DNA from: Bdellovibrionales bacterium
Lineage (GTDB): Bacteria > Bdellovibrionota > FAC87 > UBA2466
Assembly: GCA_009692515.1 (NCBI GenBank)
Contig: SHZA01000001.1
Coordinates: 9,824 to 73,823, forward strand
Reading direction: 5' to 3'
DNA length: 64,000 nt
Both the position numbers and the translations under genes were made by a program. Positions within the stretch are counted from its first letter, which is position 1. Each line of letters starts with the position of its first letter. The notes under the pieces were generated by a model, which saw only the letters and a program-made list of their open reading frames with translations, was not told the DNA's origin and searched no databases. Positions 50,190-59,901 of this stretch are shown piece by piece.

Positions 50190-50385
50190 TATCGCTCCTT
50201 TAAAGGGAAAAATAGCCGCTGATCTATTGTGTAGCAAGTATTATTTGGGTAATAATTGGCTCCTTTGTAAACTCCCGTTTAAGACGTTTGCGATTTTATT
50301 AAAAAAAAATAATACTTTTTAAGATTGCCAATTTCGATTGCCTTAATAACTATAAAAAAAAATAGAGTTGTCTAAGGGAGCTTTA

Positions 50386-51693
50386 ATGCGCAACACGAAA
50401 ACGATGTTCACATCACTCGCCATGATTCTCAGTTTGAGTTCGGTAAGTCCTGCAAAGGAGATAAATTCTAAATCGGCATTGGGAGCGATTCCTCCAATTC
50501 TGTCGGCAACTAATTCTAGAAATATTAATTCAGCGGTCGGGCCTAAAATTGATACCCATGGTCGATTTCAGATTACAAGTGAGGATGGGGAGTCGAGCTT
50601 TCGAGTGGGTGGGCGCCTCCATCTTGATGGTACGATTTATAAAAATGATAGCCAAACAACCATGACCGACGGCTTGGATGCGCGACGAGCCCGACTCGAA
50701 TTTCAGGGTACAATGTACAAAAACTTCGATTGGAAACTCGATTATGAATTTGGGCTAACCTCTGAGATAAAGGCCGGTTTCAGAGATATCTTTATTCGCT
50801 ACCGAATTCCTCAGACGACAAGTTCGATTACCTTCGGACAATTCAAAGAATTTTTTGGGCTCGAGCACATGAACAGTTCGAATGATCTCCCCTTTGTGGA
50901 ACGAGCGCTTCCTTCCCGCCCTTTTCTTGATATTGCCGAGGCCTCCGATGGGCGCCGACTAGGAATGGGTTGGAATGGAAATGACCGAGGTCTCTTTACT
51001 TGGGCTCTTGGCGCTTTCACTAGAAATACTTCGGGTGATAGCACCGATAAAAAAGCCGACCCTTTTTCTTTACAATCTCGAATAACAATTTCCCCCATCC
51101 ACCAAGAGATTGAAGCGGTGCATTTAGGATTGAATGCCAATTGGATAGACCTCAATAATTATGACAGAGCTAAACTCTCTTCACGTCCGGAATCGCGCAT
51201 TGGATCCGAAACTTTAATCAAGGTCGATCTCCTATCTGGAGAGCGAAACTACTCGAGATATGCCCTGGAGCTTGGCCTGATTAAGGGCCCAATTTGGTTT
51301 CAAGGGGAATATCTATTGGCTAGGTTTGACCGGAAAGGGGCGGCTTCCGTCACCTTCAGCGGTTGGCACGCCGATTTAGGTTGGGTTCTTACAGGAGAGT
51401 CAAGAGTTTACGATTTTGAAAGGGGCACTTTTAAAAACCCGCAATTAAAAACCTTTGTAGATCACGGCGGGATTGGAGCCTTCGAATTGGTCGCTCGATT
51501 AAGCAACCTTGACTATACCGATGAGGATATTCAAGGCGGAGTCGAGCACAATTTTTCATCTGGGCTTAATTGGTATGCCAATAGTAACTACCGCGTGATG
51601 TTCACATGGACGAAAGTTCTGAGTATTAAGGGGGGCAGTTTTGATGGCCAAACCCCAAATGAGTTTCTTTTTAGAACTCAATTTGCGTTTTAA
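50386..51693 (+). CDS. OprO/OprP-family phosphate-selective porin
   Basis: RRARL, GQFKEFFGLE, FVERA, RPES, W.LTGESR.Y, GLNWY, terminal Phe; RBS AGGGAG. Confidence 0.88.
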   Translation: MRNTKTMFTSLAMILSLSSVSPAKEINSKSALGAIPPILSATNSRNINSAVGPKIDTHGRFQITSEDGESSFRVGGRLHLDGTIYKNDSQTTMTDGLDARRARLEFQGTMYKNFDWKLDYEFGLTSEIKAGFRDIFIRYRIPQTTSSITFGQFKEFFGLEHMNSSNDLPFVERALPSRPFLDIAEASDGRRLGMGWNGNDRGLFTWALGAFTRNTSGDSTDKKADPFSLQSRITISPIHQEIEAVHLGLNANWIDLNNYDRAKLSSRPESRIGSETLIKVDLLSGERNYSRYALELGLIKGPIWFQGEYLLARFDRKGAASVTFSGWHADLGWVLTGESRVYDFERGTFKNPQLKTFVDHGGIGAFELVARLSNLDYTDEDIQGGVEHNFSSGLNWYANSNYRVMFTWTKVLSIKGGSFDGQTPNEFLFRTQFAF

Positions 51694-51860
51694 TCAAACC
51701 TAATTTCAAAACCATCGATAACACCTTTCGGATTAAGCCGAGTTCGAAGTGGCCAGAGGATAATTACCTCGAAGTCCAAAAAGTTACGGATGACTTGCGT
51801 TAAGATAGACAAAGAAGATTGTTTGAGCGGTATTAAGGGCTAGGTATTATAATTATTAAT

Positions 51861-52421
51861 ATGATGCTACTCAAAATATTCATGACCTTTATTCCCATTG
51901 CTTTTTCGGGAACTCTTTACGACAACGCGCAAAATGCTCGGCAAATTTTGGCGTTGTATCCACAGGTTTCAATTAATTTTATGAGCACCTGTCTAGATTG
52001 CACCGCCTTTGGAAAAAAAAAGGCTAATGCCTGTAAGAATAAAAAAAGTAATGAGATCTCAAATTTTTTGCGACACCTTTGCTGGCAAGCCAATCTCACT
52101 TACTGGTATGGTGAATCTGTTGCCAAGGGAATTGGGGATATTCACGAGGGAATTGTGATTAATGACAAGATGTCGACATCTGCAGAACTTGATGGGTGTA
52201 TTGATCAGGCAAATAATAAACGTGGAAGAAGAGTGGGAAAGGATGCTGTTTCAGGACTTACGGGATTAAAACTACTTACCTACTCAACGGTAATCACCTA
52301 TATCCAAGAGGAAATTTTACGCTCCTACGGCGATTATTGCATGGGCCAACCCAAAACCCTTTGCCCTAAGCGCCTACAGCTTCCGGAACGGTCGGAATCC
52401 AAAACTATCGACCATAATTGA
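51861..52421 (+). CDS. Hypothetical exported protein, DUF6973-like
   Basis: NFLRHLCWQANLT...GDIHE...DQANNKRGR pattern. Confidence 0.55.
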   Translation: MMLLKIFMTFIPIAFSGTLYDNAQNARQILALYPQVSINFMSTCLDCTAFGKKKANACKNKKSNEISNFLRHLCWQANLTYWYGESVAKGIGDIHEGIVINDKMSTSAELDGCIDQANNKRGRRVGKDAVSGLTGLKLLTYSTVITYIQEEILRSYGDYCMGQPKTLCPKRLQLPERSESKTIDHN

Positions 52422-52559
52422 TAAGTAATACCGAAAATGGAATCCCTATTTAGGTCGACCTCAACACCCCTTTATTCGTACAAAGACCAGCCCCGAGTCT
52501 GCGCGAGGGGTCAAAGGCTCTGATGAGCTGATTTATTAGTCCTAAATTTTAAGTATCAC

Positions 52560-53100
52560 TAATAACTACTCGCCTGCCCGCTTAAAAATGGCCCTTTCTT
52601 CAATCTATCCGTTCATTCTGAGCGCGCCGAAGGATCTTTTCTTTTTCCTCAATTCGTCATGGCATCTCAATACAAGGCGCAACGTATGTAGTATCGCGAA
52701 CGACCTTGTTCGCACTTTCCCAGTCACCGTTCCACCCACGCGTAAATACACCATTCCCATCATCGAACGGGCCTTTTAGAACGCGGCTGCTAAGAGCTGT
52801 GGCGTATACCCCTCACCAGTTGCGTTGGGAACCTCAACGAGCTGCTTCGTCACGTTAGTAACTTTCGGGAGCGTTCCCATAGGCGCCGCCAATAGGACCT
52901 TATTGAGGATGGCGTGTTGGCCATAGACGCTTATGGCTTGTTTCACAATTTTGTCCTACCCGGTTGCTACGACTCCTGTACCCACATTCACTTTAAATAT
53001 TACGGCGACTGTTCCCGTTTCCTCATACTTGAAATTGCTAACGCCCTCTTTGCCGTCGGTCGGTATTTTCTTAGGAAAGGTGAGTGTAAGTGATTGAAAT
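52560..53100 (-). pseudogene. Probable decayed foreign gene remnant at the tRNA 3' end
   Basis: Visibly more GC-rich; the minus-strand frame is protein-like but interrupted by a TAG, then a stop or frameshift; no start codon. Confidence 0.4.
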
Positions 53101-53106
53101 AATTAA

Positions 53107-53180
53107 TGGGCCCAGTTGGGATCGAACCAACAACCCCCAGATTAGAAATCTGGTGCTCTATCCTATTGAGCTATGAGCCC
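53107..53180 (-). tRNA. tRNA-Arg(UCU), CCA not encoded
   Basis: GGGCTCATAGCTCAATAGGATAGAGCACCAGATTTCTAATCTGGGGGTTGTTGGTTCGATCCCAACTGGGCCCA; cloverleaf with anticodon TCT. Confidence 0.96.
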
Positions 53181-53281
53181 GAAAACATAAGACTTTCAGA
53201 GTCACATGGGCTACCACAGCGAACTGCACTTGTCTACTTACCGCAACGAGACAAAAAAAGGGGGCCTTACTATCTGAAATT

Positions 53282-56200
53282 CTACACCTTCTCAATCATA
53301 AGCTTCAAAGCCACCCCATCAATTTCCTGCTCTACGCTCCAAGCAGCTTTTGTCTTAGGGGCAAATTCGGCCGCCAATACTTCCGACATAATGTAACTTC
53401 TATGAATTTGAAATGCCTGCTGTAACTCTTCTGATGTTTCAAAAGCTACGTTAATTCGATCCACCACCTCAAAGTTGAGATCTTTTCGCAGTTTTTGAAT
53501 TCGGTTAACAAGCTCTCTCGCCTGCCCTTCCTGAATTAATCCAATGTCGAGCTTAGTATCAATCCATACGGTGATACCTCCCATCGTCTGAATTACACCC
53601 TCTTGTTTGGGCTGACGATCTAAAATGATGTCAGCGGGAAATACCTTTTCCCCTTCCATCTCTAAAAATCCATCAGACTCCAGTTTCTCCACCGCTTCGG
53701 GAGTGAGTTCCCGAATTTTTTGAGAAATAGATTTCATCTTTTGACCTAATCTAGGCCCCAAAATCTTAGCATTAGGCTTTGCAGAAAAGCTCACCCATTT
53801 AGCTTCATCACTTGTGAAGGAAACTTTTTTCATATTGAGCTCAGTAGAAATAATCTGACGATACTTTTCGATCGCCTTTTTATCCTCTGGATTTTTAGTA
53901 ATCACTAAAAGCTCTCTTAAAGGCTGCCGAGTTTTTAGCTTATTAGTATTTCTTGCATTTCGACCCATCGAAACTACATTTTGAATTAGAGCCATCTGTG
54001 CCTCTAATTCCTGAAAAATTCTTCCCTGTTTTTGCTCTGGATAGGCACACAAGTGCACACTATCGGGACTATTGTTTTTAACTCTTAAATTCTGATAAAT
54101 CTCTTCTGTAATAAAGGGCAGAATAGGTGCGAGAATTTTAGAGAATTCTAGGATCGTAGAATAAAGAGTCGCATAAGCGGCCTCTTTGTCTGCTGTTTTT
54201 TCCTCCCCCCAAAATCTCCTTCGATTCAATCGAATATACCAATTAGTAAGATCATCGATAAACCCAATTACCTGGGGTACCACTTCATATAGGTGATACA
54301 CCTCCATTTTTTCTTCCACATTTTTCACAAGCGATTGCAGTCTGGAAATTACCCATCGATCCAAATCGTTTTCTAAATGATCTAAACTTTCACTTTTAAA
54401 TTGTGTGGGCTCCCATTGATCAGCTCGCGCGTAGGTCACTAAAAAACTATACGCATTCCATAAAGGCAGCAGTACACTTCGAATAACCTCTTTGACTCCC
54501 CCCTCTGAAAACCTCAAATCTTCAGCATGAGAAGCTGGACTACTCATTAAATAAGCACGTAAAGCATCAGCACCGAAATTATCAAGAATAGATTTAGGAT
54601 CAGGATAATTCTTGAGCCGTTTACTCATCTTCTTGCCATCTTCAGCAAGAACAAGCCCATTCACGATCACATTTTGAAAAGGAGGCTTATTAAAAAGAGC
54701 GGTGGCAATCACAGAAAGAGTGTAAAACCATCCACGAGTTTGGTCCGTTCCTTCAGCAATGAAATGGGCTGGAAAATTTTTTTCTAACTTTTCCTTATTC
54801 TCAAAAGGATAATGAAGCTGTCCATAGGGCATCGAACCACTTTCAAACCAACAATCTAAAACTTCAGGAATTCGCCTCATGAGCTTGCCTGTTTTAGGAG
54901 ATTTAAAGGTTAAATCGTCGATAAAATGCTTATGAAGATCGGTTACTTTTTTGCCGGTAAGTTTTTCTAGCTCTTCAATAGAGCCCACGCAATGCATCTC
55001 TCCATCTTCGCCTCTCCAAATAGGAATAGGCGTTCCCCAAAAACGATTACGACTGATGTTCCAATCCCTAGCATTCTCTAACCAATTTCCAAATCGACCG
55101 TCTCTTAAATGCTCAGGAACCCAACGAGTCTTTTTATTGTTTTTTAAAAGATCCTCTTTCAAAGGTTCTAAGCGAACAAACCAAGTAGAGATCGCTTTAT
55201 TCATGAGGGGGGTATCGCTGCGCCAACAAAAGGGATAGTTGTGGACAAGAGTTTCATGTTTCACTACCGCATTTTTAGCTTTCAAATACTTGATAATCTC
55301 TTTGTCGGCATCTTTGATATTGAGTCCCTTAAACTCAGGGACCTCATCTGTAAACTTTCCTTCAAAATCGGTGGGATCTACAATGGGGATTTTATACTTA
55401 CGACAGATTTCAAAATCCTCTTCACCAAAGGCAGGAGCCGTATGAACAAGACCGGTTCCATCAGAGGCGGTGACATGCTCACCTAATAACAGTCTAAAAG
55501 CCCCTTCAGACTTTTTATCTTTAAAATGAGGAAATAAAGGCTCGTAAGTTTCGTTTTCTAAATCTTTTCCTTTAAACTTAGAAACAATTTCATATTCAGT
55601 TTCTAATTTATAATAAGCAGACAAGCGTGATTCAGCTAACACATAATGATCTGTAGTCGCTATCTCCTTAATTTCTACATAATCAACTTCGGCATTGACT
55701 GCTAATGCTAAATTGGAAGGCAACGTCCAGGGGGTCGTCGTCCACGCCAAGAAATATCTATTCTTAGTCACACTTTTAAATCGAACCGTTAGCGCAGGAT
55801 CTTGAACCTCTTTATAATTAAGTCCCGCTTCAAAGTTTGAAAGTGGAGTCGAAATTCGCCATGAGTAAGGCATCACACGATGCCCCTCAAAAACGAGACC
55901 CTTTTCCCAAAGTTGCTTCACGACCCACCAGACAGTTTCCATAAAAGGGGTGTCCATGGTTCGATATTTATTTTCGAAATCTACCCACCGTCCCGTGCGA
56001 GTAATAACCTCTTCCCACTCCTTTGTGTATCGCATCACAATACTGCGGCAGGCTTCATTAAACTTTGCGACTCCATACTTTTCCACATCTCTGTGGCCGT
56101 GAAGCCCCAACTCATTTTCCACCTCAAACTCTACAGGAAGACCATGGCAATCCCAGCCCCATCGCCTTTCCACATAGCGACCTTTCATTACCCAATACCT

Positions 56201-56407
56201 GGGTACAATGTCCTTTAAAGTACCCGCTAAGATGTGACCATAGTGGGGAAGACCGGTGGCAAAGGGAGGACCATCATAAAAAACAAAGGGTTCTTTGCCC
56301 TCATTGGCCTTTAACCCTTTTTCAATAAGGCTATTTTCTTTCCAAAATTTTAGGATCGCCTCTTCTAAAGAGGGAAAATGTACATCACTTTTAACAGGAT
56401 TCATCAT
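53282..56407 (-). CDS. ileS: Isoleucine--tRNA ligase (type 2)
   Basis: DGPPFATGLPHYGH, GWDCHGLPVE, WTTTPWTLPSN, ISRNRFWGTP, KMSKR; no C-terminal zinc finger. Confidence 0.97.
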   Translation of the reverse strand: MMNPVKSDVHFPSLEEAILKFWKENSLIEKGLKANEGKEPFVFYDGPPFATGLPHYGHILAGTLKDIVPRYWVMKGRYVERRWGWDCHGLPVEFEVENELGLHGHRDVEKYGVAKFNEACRSIVMRYTKEWEEVITRTGRWVDFENKYRTMDTPFMETVWWVVKQLWEKGLVFEGHRVMPYSWRISTPLSNFEAGLNYKEVQDPALTVRFKSVTKNRYFLAWTTTPWTLPSNLALAVNAEVDYVEIKEIATTDHYVLAESRLSAYYKLETEYEIVSKFKGKDLENETYEPLFPHFKDKKSEGAFRLLLGEHVTASDGTGLVHTAPAFGEEDFEICRKYKIPIVDPTDFEGKFTDEVPEFKGLNIKDADKEIIKYLKAKNAVVKHETLVHNYPFCWRSDTPLMNKAISTWFVRLEPLKEDLLKNNKKTRWVPEHLRDGRFGNWLENARDWNISRNRFWGTPIPIWRGEDGEMHCVGSIEELEKLTGKKVTDLHKHFIDDLTFKSPKTGKLMRRIPEVLDCWFESGSMPYGQLHYPFENKEKLEKNFPAHFIAEGTDQTRGWFYTLSVIATALFNKPPFQNVIVNGLVLAEDGKKMSKRLKNYPDPKSILDNFGADALRAYLMSSPASHAEDLRFSEGGVKEVIRSVLLPLWNAYSFLVTYARADQWEPTQFKSESLDHLENDLDRWVISRLQSLVKNVEEKMEVYHLYEVVPQVIGFIDDLTNWYIRLNRRRFWGEEKTADKEAAYATLYSTILEFSKILAPILPFITEEIYQNLRVKNNSPDSVHLCAYPEQKQGRIFQELEAQMALIQNVVSMGRNARNTNKLKTRQPLRELLVITKNPEDKKAIEKYRQIISTELNMKKVSFTSDEAKWVSFSAKPNAKILGPRLGQKMKSISQKIRELTPEAVEKLESDGFLEMEGEKVFPADIILDRQPKQEGVIQTMGGITVWIDTKLDIGLIQEGQARELVNRIQKLRKDLNFEVVDRINVAFETSEELQQAFQIHRSYIMSEVLAAEFAPKTKAAWSVEQEIDGVALKLMIEKV

Positions 56408-56470
56408 GGTCTCAATTCCTATTTAAGCAAATTACACTAGCCTAAAGGATTGAGCAATCTCAGTAAAAAC

Positions 56471-56905
56471 CTAATACCTGCGTTGAGGACCATAGTTCTG
56501 CTGAGGGTAGTTGTACCTCTGTTGAGGATAGTAGTTCTGCTGAGGATAATTATATCTCTGTTGAGGATAATTATTTTGCTGAGGATAGTAGTTCTGTTGA
56601 GGATAATTATTTTGCTGAGGAGAGTAGTTCTGCTGAGGATAATTATTCTGCTGGGGATAATTATTTTGCTGAGGAAAACTATTGCAAGAGTTTACATCGA
56701 TATATGTGTTGTCATTATAAAGTATGTAACAACCACATTCATCACATTGGCATTGCCCATTATCATTGGGCTGCGCTAATGGAGCCGATGGAGTCGATGG
56801 AGCCACTCTTGGAGGACTATTTGGGCTAGGAGTTGCCTCATTCTTGCCGCAGGCAGAAACCAATAAAAGAGCCGCTAACATAGGTACTAAAAACTTTTTA
56901 TTCAT
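56471..56905 (-). CDS. Lipoprotein with C-terminal PQQ(N/R)xY tandem repeats
   Basis: Lipobox LVSAC; Pro-rich linker; CQCDECGC; 10 PQQ-type repeats. Confidence 0.8.
   Translation of the reverse strand: MNKKFLVPMLAALLLVSACGKNEATPSPNSPPRVAPSTPSAPLAQPNDNGQCQCDECGCYILYNDNTYIDVNSCNSFPQQNNYPQQNNYPQQNYSPQQNNYPQQNYYPQQNNYPQQRYNYPQQNYYPQQRYNYPQQNYGPQRRY
56474..56674 (-). repeat. Coding 18/21-bp tandem repeat (PQQNNY-type)
   Basis: Repeated tgctgaggataattatt / tgttgaggatagtagttc units on the + strand. Confidence 0.92.
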
Positions 56906-56950
56906 TACAATCGCAAGTGGAATAGTCCACCCCTCCCGATAGACCGGTAA

Positions 56951-56966
56951 AGCAGCTTTGATGCCA
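56951..56966 (-). promoter_or_regulatory. sigma54-type promoter upstream of the PQQNNY lipoprotein
   Basis: Minus strand TGGCATCAAAGCTGCT (GG-N10-GC), 46 nt before the ATG. Confidence 0.55.
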
Positions 56967-57192
56967 CATTCACTGAGCCTATTTTTTGTCGACTCTTCAC
57001 AAAAACGACAAGTTGTGTCTAAGATTTAGGCCTAAAAACAAAAATGGGCACTCTGGTATCCTTGCTCGTTCTCAACGTAACTGGGCCATTCTGGCCCAGG
57101 GGCCCCTCTAGGGTGCCATCATTTTCGCGCCAGACATAATCTCTGCTCTCATTAAATAACTTAATAGCTCCGATAACACAGGGGGAGATCAG

Positions 57193-59412
57193 ATGAAAAA
57201 ACATGATGTTTTCAAGTTTTTTTTGGTTGCGATAGTTGTGAGTTTGATAATTTTGTTCTTTAACTTCAATTTAGGGAGTTACCTCACTTTAGATTACTTA
57301 AGACAGCAACAATCCTCCTTTCAAAATTTCTATGAACTAAACCCACTAAAAACATTAGGGACCTACTTTATTATTTATGTGTTATCTACCGCCTTATCCC
57401 TTCCCGGAGCTGCAGTCCTTACCTTGGCCGGGGGGGCTCTTTTCGGATTGGGAACAGGATTAGTTCTGGTTTCCTTTGCCTCAACTCTTGGAGCTACTTT
57501 AGCTTTATTAGTTTCTCGCTTTCTTTTGAGAGATCTTGTTCAATCCAAATTTAAAGATAGTCTAGGTGCTATCAATGCGGGAATCCAAAAGGAAGGGGCT
57601 TTTTATCTTTTTAGTCTAAGATTAATTCCTGCCTTCCCATTTTTCATGATTAATTTAGTGATGGGGCTGACTCCAATCTCTGTGGGAAAATTCTTTTGGG
57701 TAAGTCAATTAGGAATGCTTCCCGGAACTGCTGTGTTTGTTAATGCGGGTACCCAGCTCTCCCAGCTACAATCTTTGAAGGGTATTTTATCACCTTCAAT
57801 ACTTTTTTCATTTGTGATTTTGGGTATTTTTCCGCTAATCGCAAAAACAGTTTTGAATTATTACAAGGAAAATAAAATTCTTCGAACCTTTAAGAAACCC
57901 AAAAAGTTTGACTATAATATTGCCGTCATTGGAGCGGGATCAGGAGGTTTGGTTTCTGCTTATATCGCTGCTGCAGTCAAAGCAAAGGTCGTTTTGATTG
58001 AAAAGCATAAGATGGGAGGAGACTGCTTAAATACAGGCTGCGTACCCAGTAAAGCTTTAATAAAATCAGCAAAAATTATTTCTTATATTCGTCGACACAA
58101 AGAATTTGGACTTAAAAATGCGACTGTAGAATTTGATTTTGCCGACATTATGGATCGAGTTCAAAATGTAATAAAAACGGTCGAGCCCCACGATTCAGTA
58201 GAAAGATATTCAAGTTTAGGAGTGGAGTGTCTTTCAGGTACGGCTAAAATTTTAAGCCCTTATGAAATTGCCGTGAATGGAAAAATTATCACCACTAAAA
58301 ATATAATTATAGCCACCGGCGGAAGGCCTGCAGCACCGCCCATCAAAGGCGTCGAGAAAATTAAATTTTTAGACAGTGATTCTATTTGGTCCCTCCGAAT
58401 AAAACCTAGGAATCTTTTGGTGGTAGGCGGCGGGCCTATTGGGTGTGAGATCGCACAGTGTTTTCAAAGATTAGGAGCCCAAGTAAATCTGGTACAAAGA
58501 GGCCCTCGAATTCTTCATCGTGAAGATACTGAAGCTGCCCATCTCGTTCAAGAAAGCTTTAAACGAGATGGGATTATACTGCACCTAGATGCCATCGCTA
58601 AGGAATTTATTATTGAAAATAATAAAAATTATCTCATCATTGAAACTAATGGCCGAGACTCTCGCATCGAATTTGATCAGGTCGTTATGGCCCTAGGGAG
58701 AAAAGCCAATATATCCGGCTTTGGTTTAGAAGAGTTAGGGGTCACTATCACTCCACAGGGAACCATAGAGGTAGATCCCTTTCTAAGAACTAACTATCCC
58801 AATATTTTTGCCGTAGGAGATGTCGCGGGCCCTTACCAGTTCACTCATACCGCAGCTCACATGGCATGGTTTGCGGCGGTTAATGCTTTGTTTGGATCTC
58901 TAAAGAAATTTAAAGTTGATTACCGAGTGGTTCCTTGGTGTACCTTTACAGATCCTGAAGTGGCTCGTGTCGGACTCAGTGAAGATGAAGCGAAAGAGAA
59001 AAAAATTCCCTATGAAGTCTCTATTTACGGTGTTGATGATTTAGACCGAGCTATTGCCGATCAAGAGGCCCATGGTATTGTGAAGGTTCTTACCGTACCA
59101 GGCAGTGATAAAATTTTAGGAGCTATGATCACAGGGGATCACGCGGGTGATTATATTGTGGAATTTGTTTCCGCAATGAAACACCGATTTGGAATGAATA
59201 AAATCTTAGGAACGATTCATATTTACCCCACACTAGGAGAGGCCAATAAGTACGTAGCGGGTGTATGGAAGAAAAATCATGCTCCCGAAAAACTACTTGG
59301 CTGGGTGCAAAAATTTCACGCTTGGCGAAGAGGTGATACCACCGCCAATATTAGTAAGCCTTCCTCAGATAATACAAAAGACTCTTCTAATGATTCTCAT
59401 TTAGCGGCATAA
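57193..59412 (+). CDS. DedA/TVP38 (VTT) membrane domain fused to a pyridine nucleotide-disulfide oxidoreductase
   Basis: N-terminal SLPGA..LTLAGGALFG and LRLIP.FPF; C-terminal GAGSGG, GGDCLNTGCVPSK, HIYPT. Confidence 0.92.
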   Translation: MKKHDVFKFFLVAIVVSLIILFFNFNLGSYLTLDYLRQQQSSFQNFYELNPLKTLGTYFIIYVLSTALSLPGAAVLTLAGGALFGLGTGLVLVSFASTLGATLALLVSRFLLRDLVQSKFKDSLGAINAGIQKEGAFYLFSLRLIPAFPFFMINLVMGLTPISVGKFFWVSQLGMLPGTAVFVNAGTQLSQLQSLKGILSPSILFSFVILGIFPLIAKTVLNYYKENKILRTFKKPKKFDYNIAVIGAGSGGLVSAYIAAAVKAKVVLIEKHKMGGDCLNTGCVPSKALIKSAKIISYIRRHKEFGLKNATVEFDFADIMDRVQNVIKTVEPHDSVERYSSLGVECLSGTAKILSPYEIAVNGKIITTKNIIIATGGRPAAPPIKGVEKIKFLDSDSIWSLRIKPRNLLVVGGGPIGCEIAQCFQRLGAQVNLVQRGPRILHREDTEAAHLVQESFKRDGIILHLDAIAKEFIIENNKNYLIIETNGRDSRIEFDQVVMALGRKANISGFGLEELGVTITPQGTIEVDPFLRTNYPNIFAVGDVAGPYQFTHTAAHMAWFAAVNALFGSLKKFKVDYRVVPWCTFTDPEVARVGLSEDEAKEKKIPYEVSIYGVDDLDRAIADQEAHGIVKVLTVPGSDKILGAMITGDHAGDYIVEFVSAMKHRFGMNKILGTIHIYPTLGEANKYVAGVWKKNHAPEKLLGWVQKFHAWRRGDTTANISKPSSDNTKDSSNDSHLAA

Positions 59413-59413
59413 A

Positions 59414-59451
59414 AAAACCCCAGAGACCTTTTTTAAGTGCTCTGGGGTTTT
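59414..59451. terminator. Bidirectional intrinsic terminator between convergent genes
   Basis: aaaaccccagag...ctctggggtttt. Confidence 0.85.
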
Positions 59452-59470
59452 CATTTTAAATTAAATTAAA

Positions 59471-59764
59471 TTAAGTGTGAGAGTTATCACACTCATCGGT
59501 ATGACCTTTATGATTTTTGTGATGATGGCCATCATGTTCATAGTCTGTATGGTCCCCATGCTTTTCGGTTTTATGGCCACATTTTTTAGCATGTTTGTGT
59601 TCATGATTCTCGTGAGTTTTATGCTCAGCATCCATTGGCTTTGAAGTAGCCTCTGCAGCTGGAGCTGGTGCTACTGCAGGTGCAGCCTCATCAGCAAAGA
59701 TTGGATTTCCAACAAGACCGAGTAAAGAAATAAAGGCTAGCCCTTTAATTAGTTTTAATGTCAT
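59471..59764 (-). CDS. Small exported His-rich putative metal-binding protein
   Basis: Signal peptide; CGH..HGDHTDYEHDGHHH..H..H.DEC; RBS AAGGAG. Confidence 0.8.
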   Translation of the reverse strand: MTLKLIKGLAFISLLGLVGNPIFADEAAPAVAPAPAAEATSKPMDAEHKTHENHEHKHAKKCGHKTEKHGDHTDYEHDGHHHKNHKGHTDECDNSHT

Positions 59765-59901
59765 ATGATAACTCCTTAATTAATAAATTTAAAAAGATGA
59801 TGACTTATTATATCTCAATCCCATTTAGTAAGGTTAGCATGCCGTATCAATTATTTTCGGCACAAGATTTAAATGGAATAAACCTAGGTAAAAATTCATT
59901 T

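Noticed and set aside
52518..52546. CTGATGAG, resembling a hammerhead ribozyme core
   Set aside because: A weak stem II is possible, but the required GAAA is absent (CCTAAA follows) and stems I/III are not evident.
53106..53396. 96-aa plus-strand ORF
   Set aside because: Antisense to tRNA-Arg and the 3' end of ileS; spurious.
56450..56779. Plus-strand ORF of LLRIII repeats (similarly 62438-62779, 62537-62800, 62628-62825)
   Set aside because: Shadow frames of the tandem repeats; the minus-strand frames have lipoboxes and upstream promoter motifs.
57193..59412. Mercuric reductase (merA) call
   Set aside because: No C-terminal Cys-Cys pair, no NmerA domain and no mer genes nearby.
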